A stretch of 64,000 nt of DNA, taken from NCBI GenBank assembly GCA_965246715.1, contig CBDFFH010000034.1, forward strand, positions 1-64,000, in the 5' to 3' direction. This stretch comes from Chamaesiphon sp. (lineage in GTDB: Bacteria > Cyanobacteriota > Cyanobacteriia > Cyanobacteriales > Chamaesiphonaceae). The notes under the pieces are model-generated. The model had not been told where the DNA came from and made no database searches. It saw only the letters and a list, made by a program, of their open reading frames with translations. This document shows positions 42,993 through 54,284 of the stretch, piece after piece; the stretch's first letter is position 1, and every line of letters starts with the position of its first letter. The translations under genes and the position numbers were made by a program.

Positions 42993-45900
42993 ATGAGCCA
43001 GGATCCGATCGGTAGTCTTACAGATGATGAAGAACTTAATTTTTCCGAACCAGTAGAGGTGTTCGTTTTTCCGACTTCTTTCGCTCAGCAACGATTGTGG
43101 TTTCTCGACAGATTAGCACCAGGAAATCCCTTTTATAATGTCTCAACTGCACTACGCCTCAAAGGTGCCCTCAATTTCACCGCTTTAAAGCAGACATTTA
43201 ACGAAATCGTTTGTCGCCACGAAACCTTACGCACTACGTTTCTGGTGATGGATGGGCAAACTTTACAGGCAATCTCGCCGAGCCTTAATATCCTGCTACC
43301 CTTAATAGATTTACGCAATTTCCAGAGCCAAGCACGCGAACCACAACTGAGGCAAATCGCCACCGACGAGGCTCAACATCCGTTCGATCTCACCACTGGG
43401 CCACTCTTGCGCGTGAAGCTGTTACAGATAGAGGAGAGAGAATATGTACTGCTGCTAAATTTCCATCACATTGTCGCCGATGGTTGGTCGATCGGTGTGT
43501 TAATTAGAGAACTAGGCATATTATATAAAGCCTTTGCAGCGGATGAGCGGTCTGTGCTCTTACCAGAACTAACCATTCAATATGCAGATTTTGCTCAATG
43601 GCAACGGGAGTGGCTGCAAGGAGTAGGGACAAATGGCAATTCTCTCCTCCAAACTCAGTTAGCTTACTGGCAACAGCAGTTAGATGGCATTTCGGTGCTA
43701 AATCTCCCCGCAGACCGTCCCAGACCCGCAGTGCCGAGCTATAGAGGTGCTAAACAGGTTTTAGAGTTATCACCCTCTCTCAGTCAAGCACTAGAGGCAC
43801 TGAGCTATCGTGAAGGTGTGACCTTATTCATGACGATGCTGACAGCGTTTGAGACTTTACTCTATCGCTATACGCAGCAAGAAGATATTGCCATTGGTTC
43901 GCCAATTGCCAATCGCAACCGCAGCGAATTAGAAGGATTAATTGGCTTTTTTGTCAATAGTTTGGTGCTGCGCACAGATTGTTCGGGTCAGCCGACATTT
44001 CGGGAATTGTTGCAGCGAGTGCGAGAGGTAACTCTGGGTGCCTATGCTCATCAGGATTTGCCGTTTGAAAAGCTAGTAGAGGAGCTACATCCAGAGCGAG
44101 ATTTGAGCTATCATCCGTTGTTTCAGGTGGCATTTAGCTTCCAAAATACGCCGATTTCCACTCTAGAGTTACCTGGAGTAACGCTGTCGCTATTGGAGTT
44201 GGATACCACAACTGCCAGGCTCGATCTTGAGTTCCATCTGTGGCAGGATGCGGGAATTATCAAAGGGCAAATAGTGTATAGCACTGATATCTTTGATGGT
44301 GTGACCATTACGCGGATGCTCGGACATTTTCAAACTTTGTTAGCAAGTGTTATTGCTAATCCAGAACAGTGCGTTTCTGATGTGGCGGTGTTGAGGGCGA
44401 TCGAAAAGCAACAGTTATTAATTGATTGGAACGATCCGAAAACAGAGTGCCCTAAAGAGTGTTTTCATCAGTTATTTGAAGCACAGGTGCGAAAAACTCC
44501 CGATGCGATCGCGTTAGTCTTTAACGAGCAGAAGTTAACTTATTGTGAGCTAAATATGCTTGCCAATCAACTAGCCCATTATTTGCAAAAGTTGGGAGTA
44601 ATTCCCGATCGAGTAGTCGGGATTTGGATCGATCGATCTCCAGAAACGATCGTCGCGATCTTAGGTATTCTTAAAGCGGGTGGAGCCTATCTACCTCTAG
44701 ATCATAGTCTACCTCAAGAGCGTCTGAACTTCATGTTAGCAGATGCCCAAGCTTCATTATTAATAACCCGATCGAATTCCATCGATCTATTTAAAAATTT
44801 CTCGCAGCCAATTATTGACATCGATCGAGATTGGGAAACTATTAGACAATACAGCCAAGAAAACCCCACCAGTTGCGTTACATCTGACGATCTAGCTTAT
44901 GTTATCTATACATCTGGCTCGACTGGGCAACCTAAAGGTGTTGCGATCGAACATCGAGGATTGTCCAACTTAGCACAAGCTCAGATTGAGGTATTTAATG
45001 TCCAACCGAGTCACCGAATTTTACAATTTGCATCGTTAAGTTTCGACGCTTCAATTTTTGAGATTGTCATGGCATTGCGATCGGGTGCAACTCTTGATTT
45101 AGCTGATAAGGAATCTCTGTCACCCGGACAACCTTTACTCGAATTATTACGCGATCGAGCGATTACTCACGTTACTCTCCCACCAGCAGTCTTAGCCGTC
45201 CTACCTCTAGCATCGCTGCCAGCCTTACAAACTATTATTTGTGCGGGCGAATCCTGTCCTGAAGATATTATTAAAAGGTGGTGGAGTCCTCAACGGCGGT
45301 TTTTCAATGCTTATGGACTGACTGAATCAACGGTATGGTCTACCGTTGCCGAAATTAAATCTGCGAGCGAACAAATATCGATCGGGCGACCGATCGCGAA
45401 TATACAAATTTATATATTAGACAAACATTTACAGTCAGTACCAATTGGAATTGATGGCGAACTATATATCGGTGGTGATGGATTGGGGCGAGGCTATATC
45501 AATCGTCCCGAATTAACTGCCAAACATTTTATTGCTAATCCTTTTGACGAGCGACAGGGGGCGCGGCTTTATAAGACAGGCGATCTAGCTCGGTATCGAT
45601 TGGATGGTAACATTGAATTTTTAGGTCGCAGCGACAATCGCGTCAAAATTCGTGGCTTTCGGATCGAATTATCAGAAATTGAAACAGCGATCGATCGGCA
45701 TCTAAATGTGCGGACGGTGGTAGTAATCGATCGAGAAAATAGCTATGGAGATAAGTATTTAATTGCTTATATTGTTCTGAATACAGATACGCTAAATTTC
45801 ACAGCTTCATTACGCAAATTTTTAATAGAAAAATTACCAGAATACATGATGCCAAAAGCTTTTGTATTTCTAGATGCTCTCCCACTCACAGCTAGTGGCA

Positions 45901-47096
45901 AAGTCGATCGAGATGCGCTCTTAAAATTCAATCCGGCACACAAGATCGATAAAGAATTTATCACACCGCGTACTCCTACCGAGTCTACCCTGGCTGAAAT
46001 TTGGGCGGAAGTCCTGAATATCGATCGAGTGGGTATTTACGATAACTTCTTCGATTTGGGTGGAGATTCGCTATTAACTGTCCGGTTGTTACAGCAAATA
46101 TCCGATCGACTTAATTATGAACTACCCCTAGCTAGCTTATTTTTAAATCCTACAATTGAGAGGTTAGCAACTTGTCTATCCTCACCAGTAGATACTCTTT
46201 CTGGATCGCCTTTAGTTGCGATTCAACCTGATGGCTCCAACCCATCTTTCTTCTGCATCCATCCCATTTTTGGCGTTGTTTTTCCTTATTACGAATTAGC
46301 CGCCCAATTAGGCAAAAACCAACCATTTTATGGACTACAACCGATCGGACTAGATGGCAAAACTCCGCCCCTAACGCGGATTGAAGATATGGCTGCCCAT
46401 TATATCGAAGCATTGCGATCGCTACAGCCTCACGGCCCTTATTATTTGGGAGGTTGGTCTTTTGGCGGTTGGGTGGCTTTTGAAATGGCGCAACAACTCC
46501 AACAGGCAGGGGAAGAAGTAGCATTACTAGCGGTGCTGGATACTTTGGCACCAATTCCAGGACATGTATCTTTAGGTCATGGTTTAAAGTTTATGCTAAC
46601 GACAGCGGCGCGATATATTTGGCCGTTTTTTCTCGATTATGTTTATCTAATCATCGCGATCTTCAAGCAGCAAATTAATAGTTTAATCGAGCGATTTCCT
46701 AATTTAAATAAAATCTTGCGTTATTCCGGTTGGGAGTGGCTGATGCGATCTCGATCGAAACAGAATGCTACCCTTAACCCGTCGAAAGAATCCCAGCTCA
46801 GAATTTTAAGCGAGTTAGCAATCGTACCGATGCTACGGGTGTTTTATGCCAATAGTCAAGCAGTGCTCGACTACGTGCCGCAAGCTTACTCCAGCCGTAT
46901 CGATTTGTTTAGAACGAAGGCTCATTCGAGTAGTGGCAAGGAAGATCTGAGTCTGAGTTGGGATCGGTTAGCTAAAGGTGGAACGGAAATTCATCATCTT
47001 CCTGGCAATCACCTGACGATGCTCAGGAAACCGCATATTCAGGTGCTTGCGGCACAGTTAAAAGCTTGTATCGATCTAGCTACGCAAAGGGATTGA
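42993..47096 (+). CDS. Single-module NRPS C-A-PCP-TE (code DAFTIAAVWK, Phe-like)
   Basis: HHIVADGWS, YTSGSTGQPKG, LGGDSL (PCP), GWSFG (TE), GNH. Code aligned by eye to GrsA. Confidence 0.93.
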   Translation: MSQDPIGSLTDDEELNFSEPVEVFVFPTSFAQQRLWFLDRLAPGNPFYNVSTALRLKGALNFTALKQTFNEIVCRHETLRTTFLVMDGQTLQAISPSLNILLPLIDLRNFQSQAREPQLRQIATDEAQHPFDLTTGPLLRVKLLQIEEREYVLLLNFHHIVADGWSIGVLIRELGILYKAFAADERSVLLPELTIQYADFAQWQREWLQGVGTNGNSLLQTQLAYWQQQLDGISVLNLPADRPRPAVPSYRGAKQVLELSPSLSQALEALSYREGVTLFMTMLTAFETLLYRYTQQEDIAIGSPIANRNRSELEGLIGFFVNSLVLRTDCSGQPTFRELLQRVREVTLGAYAHQDLPFEKLVEELHPERDLSYHPLFQVAFSFQNTPISTLELPGVTLSLLELDTTTARLDLEFHLWQDAGIIKGQIVYSTDIFDGVTITRMLGHFQTLLASVIANPEQCVSDVAVLRAIEKQQLLIDWNDPKTECPKECFHQLFEAQVRKTPDAIALVFNEQKLTYCELNMLANQLAHYLQKLGVIPDRVVGIWIDRSPETIVAILGILKAGGAYLPLDHSLPQERLNFMLADAQASLLITRSNSIDLFKNFSQPIIDIDRDWETIRQYSQENPTSCVTSDDLAYVIYTSGSTGQPKGVAIEHRGLSNLAQAQIEVFNVQPSHRILQFASLSFDASIFEIVMALRSGATLDLADKESLSPGQPLLELLRDRAITHVTLPPAVLAVLPLASLPALQTIICAGESCPEDIIKRWWSPQRRFFNAYGLTESTVWSTVAEIKSASEQISIGRPIANIQIYILDKHLQSVPIGIDGELYIGGDGLGRGYINRPELTAKHFIANPFDERQGARLYKTGDLARYRLDGNIEFLGRSDNRVKIRGFRIELSEIETAIDRHLNVRTVVVIDRENSYGDKYLIAYIVLNTDTLNFTASLRKFLIEKLPEYMMPKAFVFLDALPLTASGKVDRDALLKFNPAHKIDKEFITPRTPTESTLAEIWAEVLNIDRVGIYDNFFDLGGDSLLTVRLLQQISDRLNYELPLASLFLNPTIERLATCLSSPVDTLSGSPLVAIQPDGSNPSFFCIHPIFGVVFPYYELAAQLGKNQPFYGLQPIGLDGKTPPLTRIEDMAAHYIEALRSLQPHGPYYLGGWSFGGWVAFEMAQQLQQAGEEVALLAVLDTLAPIPGHVSLGHGLKFMLTTAARYIWPFFLDYVYLIIAIFKQQINSLIERFPNLNKILRYSGWEWLMRSRSKQNATLNPSKESQLRILSELAIVPMLRVFYANSQAVLDYVPQAYSSRIDLFRTKAHSSSGKEDLSLSWDRLAKGGTEIHHLPGNHLTMLRKPHIQVLAAQLKACIDLATQRD

Positions 47097-47116
47097 GGAT
47101 ATTACACCAAAATCTT

Positions 47117-47179
47117 GCCCTCTCTCCCAAGCTTGGGAGAGGGGAGCAAGAGCCGCAGGATCTGGCGGGGTGAGGGCGA
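47117..47179. repeat. GC-rich palindromic intergenic repeat (GGGAGAGGG/GGGGTGAGGG type)
   Basis: ccctctctcccaagcttgggagagggg ... ggggtgagggc. Confidence 0.65.
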
Positions 47180-49414
47180 CCTGGGGTTTCCGCTGGCAAC
47201 TCTTAATCCAACAAGAATCGATATGTTTTCTGAAGAAGTCTTCGTCTTTCCCGCATCTTTTGCCCAGCAGCGACTCTGGTTCCTCGATCGATCGATCCCT
47301 GGCAATACTATTTACAATGTACACACAGCAATTCACCTAGCAGGTTCGCTAAACCTAGCCGCACTAGAACGGACTTTTAATGAAATCGTCCGTCGTCACG
47401 AAACCTTACGCACTACTTTTATAGTAGAGGATGGGCAACCCTTACAGGCGATCGCACCCAGCGCAACTATCCCTTTGCAAGTAGTAGATCTCCAGCATTT
47501 AGACTCGGAAGAGCGAGATGTGACAGCCAAGAGGATTATTAACACCGCGCTCAAATATGCCTTCGATCTAGCCTCTGGGGCATTATTGCGCGTTACCATC
47601 CTCGTTTTGTCAGACACAGAACATATTCTGTTAATAAATATGCACCATATCATCTGTGATGATTGGTCGCTGGGTGTGCTGATTCGGGAATTGAGTACAG
47701 TGTATACAGCTTTTGCCCAAAATCGGTCTTCTCCTCTGTCAGAACTGCCTCTTCAGTACGCCGATTTTGCTCAGTGGCAGCGCGAGTGGCTACAAGGAGA
47801 AATCCTCGACACCCAGTTAGCTTACTGGCGGCAGCAATTAAACGGTATTTCGACGCTGCATTTGCCTACCGACAAACCCAGATCGGCAATCCAAAACTAC
47901 CAAGGGGCAACCCAATTTTTAGAGTTACCAAAACAGCTAACCGATCGCTTAGAACAGTTATCGCAGCAAGCAGGAGTTACCCTATTTATGACGCTGCTGG
48001 CTGCATTTCAAACGTTAATTTACCGTTATACACACCAATCGGATATCGCGATCGGTTCGCCAATTGCCAATCGTAATCGTAGCGAAATAGAAGGCATAAT
48101 TGGCTTTTTTGTCAATACTTTAGTGCTACGTAGCGATCTATCTGGAAATCCTACTTTTCGGGAATTATTAGACAGAGTACGAGAGGTCACAGTTGGCGCA
48201 TACACGCATCAAGATTTGCCGTTTGAAAAGTTAGTATCAGAACTACATCCAGAGCGAAGCTTGAGCCATCATCCACTGTTTCAAGTGGTATTTGGTTTCC
48301 AGAATGCACCCATGTCATCACTAGAATTGCCTGGATTAGTACCGAGATTAATTAATATTGACTCTAAAACAACTCGCTTCGATTTGGAACTGCATCTCTG
48401 GAAGTGTGGCGAAGATTTTCGTAGCTCAGATGGCGGTAAATGGCATGATACTGAAGGTCTGCGAGGGATAGTCGTATACAACACAGATTTATTCGAGCCA
48501 GCCACGATCGATCGAATGCTAAGTCATTTCAAGACTCTGTTGTCAAGCATTGTCGCAAATCCCGATCGACGAATTGCTAACTTACCGTTATTAAGTGACG
48601 TAGAGATAAATCGAGTAATGGTGGAATGGAATAATACCCAAGTAAATGAGTCTGAAGATAAGTGTATCCATCAAATACTTGAAGCAAGAGTAAGACAATA
48701 TCCCGATGAGATCGCTCTGAATTTTGCGAGCAATCGCATCACTTATCAAGAATTAAATAGTCGCAGTAATCAACTCGCTCGACACTTCCAAAAATTAGGA
48801 GTAGGTGCGGAAGTTTTAGTCGGCATTTGCATTCCCCAATCGATCGACACAATCGTCGGGCTATTAGCTATTCTCAAAGCTGGTGGAGCCTATGTGCCAC
48901 TAGACCCCAGCTATCCTCAAGAGCGTCTCAATTTTATGCTTGAAGATGCGCGAGTTGCCGTATTGCTAACACAATCGAACTCAATCGATCGGTTTGAAGA
49001 TTTCACGAATCCGATTGTTTCGATCGATAACAATTGGGAAATTATTGCTCAAGAACGGGCAGATAATCTCCACTGCGATCTAAATAGCGATAATTTAGCC
49101 TATGTTATTTATACCTCTGGTTCGACAGGTCAGCCCAAGGGAGTAGCCGTAACTCACCAAGCAATAAATCGGCTGGTATGCAATCCAAATTATATCAAAT
49201 TTGAGCCATTCAATAAAGTTGCCCAAGCCGCAAATATTTCCTTCGATGCAGCGACATTCGAGATTTGGGGCGCGTTACTAAATGGTGCCGAACTTATGGC
49301 GATCGATCGGGAGGTAACGCTTTCGCCTAGAGAGTTTGCACTGCAAATTCGCGACAAAAACATCGATATTCTATTTTTAACTACTGCACTATTTCAGCAG
49401 ATTGCTAGAGATGT

Positions 49415-50902
49415 CAGGGTGAACGCACTTAAATTTCCTACTATTTAAAATCCTCGCAAATCAGTTGCAGATTTGAATTACGAAAAGTATGAAAGCTTTA
49501 ATGGTAAACAAGTATAGCCAGTTAATTATGTTATATTTATTGGAAATTCAGATCGCGTCAAATGAAGCTAAAGCCAAGGCATAGTATCGCAGAACACTTT
49601 GGTGACATAAAAGACATTAGAATTGAACGGGGGAAAAAACACAAACTAATCGATATTATCACGATCTCGATTTGTGCAGTAGTATGTGGAGCAGATGGAT
49701 GGGAAGACATAGAGCTGTATGGCATCACCAGAAAAAAATGGCTGGAGGAATTTCTAGAATTACCGAATGGGATACCATCTCACGATACATTTGCACGGGT
49801 ATTTTCACAAATTAATCCTGAAGAATTCAATAAATCTTTCCTGCATTGGATTAAAGGAATAAGTAAAATAACAGCAGGAGAGATAATCGCATTTGATGGA
49901 AAACAATCTCGAAATTCAAGAGACGAAAAAAATGGTAAAGGAGTAATTAATACGGTCAGTGCTTGGGCAGCAAGTAATAGATTAGTATTAGGACAAACAA
50001 AAGTCGAGAGTAAATCAAATGAAATTACTGCATTGCCTGAGTTGATTAATGCCTTAGATCTAGCTGGATGTATAGTGACAATTGATGCAATGGGATGTCA
50101 GCGAGAAATAGTCAAGAAAATTGTCAAAAAAGAAGCAGATTATGTAATTGCTGTCAAAAAGAATCAACCAAGTTTATATGAAAGGGTAGAACAGCTATTC
50201 AAACAGGCGATTAAAACTCGTGGTGAAAGTCTGAAAACGCATAGCTTCAGCAGTAGAGAGATGAATAGAGGTAGAGAGGAAACTCGTAATTACCTAATGA
50301 TATCAGACATTGCAACATCAATAGATCCATTGCTAAAATGGCAAAATCTGACTAGTATTTGCATGGTAGAATCAGTTCGAGTTGTCAATGAAAAAACCAG
50401 CGTAGAAGCTCGTTATTTCATCAGTAGCTTAGAAGATAATGTTGAAAAACTAGCAGAAGCAATCAGAGGTCATTGGTCGATAGAAAATTCACTCCATTGG
50501 GTACTTGATGTTATTTTCAAAGAAGACATTAGTCGAATTAGAAAAGATAATGCTCCAGCTAATTTTGCTGTTTTAAGACATATAGCAGTTAATATAATGA
50601 GTCAGAACAAGAGTCGAAAACTAAGTGTTAGGAAGAAGCGATTTCTTGCGAGCCTTGATGAAGAATATTCGCGCGAACTTCTAGAGGCTATTTTAGCCTA
50701 AATTTAACTAACCCCAGAGTATGAATTTGGCTAAATATCTTTAGCCGCACTTTTGCCGGACTAAATTGAGTTAATTTAACCTCGTCTTTGGTTTCGATTT
50801 TATTGATATTGTCGTAATTGTAGTTAAGCAATCGAATATCATTAATCGCCTATTTTAGTGGCTCTCGATCGAAATAAATCCTGTTTTGATGCGTTCACCC
50901 TG
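49415..50902 (+). mobile_element. ISAs1-family insertion sequence (distinct from 20759-22269)
   Basis: TIR cagggtgaacgca; 10-bp TSD ctagagatgt (49405-49414 and 50903-50912). Confidence 0.95.
49562..50701 (+). CDS. ISAs1 transposase
   Basis: GIPSHDTF, KSNEITA, TIDAMGCQ, HWSIENSLHWVLD. Confidence 0.95.
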   Translation: MKLKPRHSIAEHFGDIKDIRIERGKKHKLIDIITISICAVVCGADGWEDIELYGITRKKWLEEFLELPNGIPSHDTFARVFSQINPEEFNKSFLHWIKGISKITAGEIIAFDGKQSRNSRDEKNGKGVINTVSAWAASNRLVLGQTKVESKSNEITALPELINALDLAGCIVTIDAMGCQREIVKKIVKKEADYVIAVKKNQPSLYERVEQLFKQAIKTRGESLKTHSFSSREMNRGREETRNYLMISDIATSIDPLLKWQNLTSICMVESVRVVNEKTSVEARYFISSLEDNVEKLAEAIRGHWSIENSLHWVLDVIFKEDISRIRKDNAPANFAVLRHIAVNIMSQNKSRKLSVRKKRFLASLDEEYSRELLEAILA

Positions 50903-52451
50903 CTAGAGATGTACCTCAAGCTTTTGAGACATTGAAGTATTTATTGTTTGGTGGTGAGACTGTCGATGTACGCTGGGTTAATAAAATTATTAAACATGGT
51001 GCATCACAGCATTTAATTCATGTTTATGGGCCGACTGAGAATACAACATTTTCTACTTATCATGATGTAGATATATCACAATCTATCGCATCTTTACCGA
51101 TCGGTCGTCCGATTACTAACACCCAAATTTACATATTAGATCCCCATTTACAACCGCTACCGATTGGCGTTACTGGTGAAATCTATCTTGGTGGAGACGG
51201 ACTGGCACGAGAATATCTCGATCGCCCCGATTTAACTACTAAACACTTTATCCCCAATCCTTTCGATCGCGATGCAAATACACGTCTTTATAAAACGGGA
51301 GATTTCGCTCGTTATTTACCAGATGGTAATATTGAATTTTTAGGTCGCACCGATAATCTCGTAAAAATTCGCGGTTTTCGGATTGAGTTATCAGAGATTG
51401 AAACGGTATTAAATCGACATCCAGCAGTCAGCGAAACTGTAATAATTGTGACAGAAGAAGTACCCGATGATAAACACTTAGTAGCTTATATAGTACTCGA
51501 TCGACAACAGATGCCAAAGCCAGAAGTAGAAAGCTTTCGGCAATTTCTTAAATCGAAGTTGCCAGCATATATGGTGCCAACAGTCTATATGTTTCCAGAA
51601 TCTTTACCACTCACCCCGAATGGTAAAGTCGATCGAGCGGCATTACCAACGCCCGATTTAATTAGTTATCACGATCGAGATTATGTGGCACCGCGATCGC
51701 AAGTTGAAGAGTTACTTACCCAAATTTGGGCAAAAGTCTTGGGCAAAGAGCGAATAGGTATCCACGACAATTTTTTTGAATCTGGCGGTCATTCGCTGCT
51801 AGCGACTCAATTAATGTCCCGAATTCGCGACACTTTCCAAATAGATTTACCCGTTCGCAATTTGTTTGAAGCACCCACGATCTCACAACTTGCCAGATAT
51901 ATCGATACCATGTGCTGGGCAGCAAGTGTAGATGAAACTGAAACTACGAGACTCGATCGAGAAGAAGTAGAATTTTGAGCGATTATTAGCTATCGATCGC
52001 TGTTTGGAGCGGATTGCAGTTGTTGTAATCGAGCAGATGACATGCAAGTACTTTAGCACCGATCTCACTTGCTGCCTACATCATTTACACTAACAGTAAT
52101 ACGATCGCCAAACGTGCTGACTGCTGCGGCAAACTGCTGATTTCGTTCCATCAATGCCATGTGTCCGCCTGGTTTGAGAGTGAACCGCTCGGCATCGGGT
52201 AATTCTGCTATCATCCGATCGCTAGCAACAGGTTTAGTGGCGATATCGACATCGCCGCAGATAACTAATACCGGAACGTGAATCTTTGCCAGCGTGTCTG
52301 TTTCATCAAATTTGAACATGCCCAATGTGCCGCGCGCTAGCACTTCGGGCGAACCCAATGCTGATAATAAACCTGCAAAACTTAGTTGACCCCGTGTTTC
52401 GCCGCCTGTAAATCCAGATAATTCGACGTTAATATACAACGAGCCATTTAA

Positions 52452-53278
52452 GGCGTTGCTGGATTAAGATATGATTTGGCGATCGAGAGGTAATCTGTGC
52501 CGTCGATCGCCAGAACTAACTGAATTAGGAGTTGGTACTTCACCAAATTTAAGATAATGAATTAACAATCTAATAGAATGCTTTAGCATTTGTTCGCACT
52601 TAGAATAACATAATGTTTTTCTTTTTAATCGAGCTAAGTAATGTCTGAGCCTAGTGTTTTCACCCTCAACTCTTGTCATATAAGTTTTACTCACGATTTG
52701 GTCACCATCTGGAATAAATATTGGATAGACCCTCCACCCATCCGTCACATAAAAATAACATTTCCATGTACTTACCAAATTCTCCCATAGCGGTCTAAAT
52801 GTCTTAGCACTGTGGTCGCCTAATACCCATCCTAAAATACCCATCTGAAAGTGATTTACTGCCGTCCAGAGCCAGATCTTGTTTTTTTTGAGCCAACAAA
52901 CGTCTCTAACTCATCCAACTCACCAACTTCTGGTATTTGGTCTGAATTATAGTAATCTGGGAGATTTCCCCCTACTTGCTTCACCCAATCCATGACAGTT
53001 GTATTATGCACACCCATTACTCTTTCTATTGCTCGAAATCCCATCCCATTAACATACATTGACAAACATTTCTGCTTGATTTGTGGTGAATATCCTCTGT
53101 GTGCTTCATAACAATCTATAAATTGCCGTCCGCAGTCTTTACAAATATGGTTCTGCTTTCCCTTTATTCGCCCATTTTTATTGATATTAGACGATCTACA
53201 TTCAGGACATTCCATTTAGATATTTGCTCTTGTTACTTCTCTCGATCGCCTTAGATCATATCCTAATCCAGCAACGCC
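52452..53278 (-). mobile_element. IS1-family insertion sequence
   Basis: TIR ggcgttgctggatta.gatatgat; 8-bp TSD ccatttaa (52444-52451 and 53279-53286). Confidence 0.95.
52464..53215 (-). CDS. IS1 transposase InsA/InsB via programmed -1 frameshift
   Basis: CPEC zinc finger + HTH, ELDEL..FVG, A8C slippery site at 52881-52889, TDGW, EGENTRLRH. Confidence 0.9.
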
Positions 53279-54284
53279 CCATTTAAATATGAGAGCCAAG
53301 TCATCAGCCATGCCAGGGGCCACAGCAGGGTAGTGAGGTACAACACGGGTTCGAGCAGCGGCTTTTGCAATTTACGTACCAGACTGCTCAAGATACAAGT
53401 TTTGACCGGATTGGTGTAAGTCGTATCCACCAGAATCAAGCCAGCCACTCGCGTGCCTAATTGCTCGGGAAATAAGCGACAGAATGTGAGGTTAATCATC
53501 CCACCCATGCTGTGCCCTAGCAGGATAACAGGTTTATTGCCCGCGATCGATACTACAGCTTCCAAATCGCGGGCATATTTTTCGACAGAGTGGTCGTTGT
53601 TGTGCGGTTTGGTGGACTTTCCTAGCCCTGGTAAATCCCACACAATTATGCGAAAGCGATCGCTCAGTTGTCGCTTGGCATAATACCAGATAGTGCTATT
53701 TGGCCCCCAGCCGTGTGACAAGATAATTGGCTGACCGTCTTCAGGGCCAAAGAACTCTACTTGCAAAACGCTACCATCCGGCCTTTGCAACCGTTTCACG
53801 GTGTTACTCCGCATAAACTTGGGTTCGTCATTACCCGGACGGCGCAGCAGTGGCAAACTAAACAGGTGACCGCCAAATGTCCACAGCACCATTACCAGTC
53901 CAGCGATTAAGTAAGATGTGCCGACCAGTACTCCTTCATACCACCGATAGAGAATGTAGCTCCCCCCACCCAGTATGCCAACTGATAGCAGTTGCACCAG
54001 CCAGACAAACAGAAAATTATGCGGCATGAATATCATTGGCTTCAACCTTACAATACTTGTTTAACTGCGTCGTCTTGTAAGTTCATACCATACTTACTAT
54101 CGTTAAACCTTCAGCCCAAGGAATGATTTTTGCACTTTTATAGATGTGCTAAAATCCCAATCTAGTTGCGTAGTACAGTATGGCGTATATAGATGTCTAG
54201 TTGGGACACGAACCGATATTTATTAGTACTGCTGCAATCTAAAGATACCCATCGATCGATTAATAACTATTGCGAAGAGGTGTA

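Larger units (their letters stand above)
47223..51978 (+). pseudogene. Single-module NRPS C-A-PCP (code DAFFLGVTFK, Ile) interrupted by ISAs1
   Basis: HHIICDDWS. IS removal restores in-frame IARDV|PQAFETLKY. GGHSL PCP; C-terminal REEVEF. Confidence 0.93.
52065..54045 (-). pseudogene. Membrane-anchored alpha/beta hydrolase interrupted by IS1
   Basis: HGWG, GHSMGG nucleophile, C-terminal GGHMA. IS removal restores SYLNG|SLYIN. Confidence 0.9.

Noticed and set aside
47115..47222. N-terminal extensions in the ORF track (also 595-666, 6367-6471, 15224-15409, 40407-40493)
   Set aside because: They run through repeats or non-conserved sequence; downstream ATGs match the family starts.
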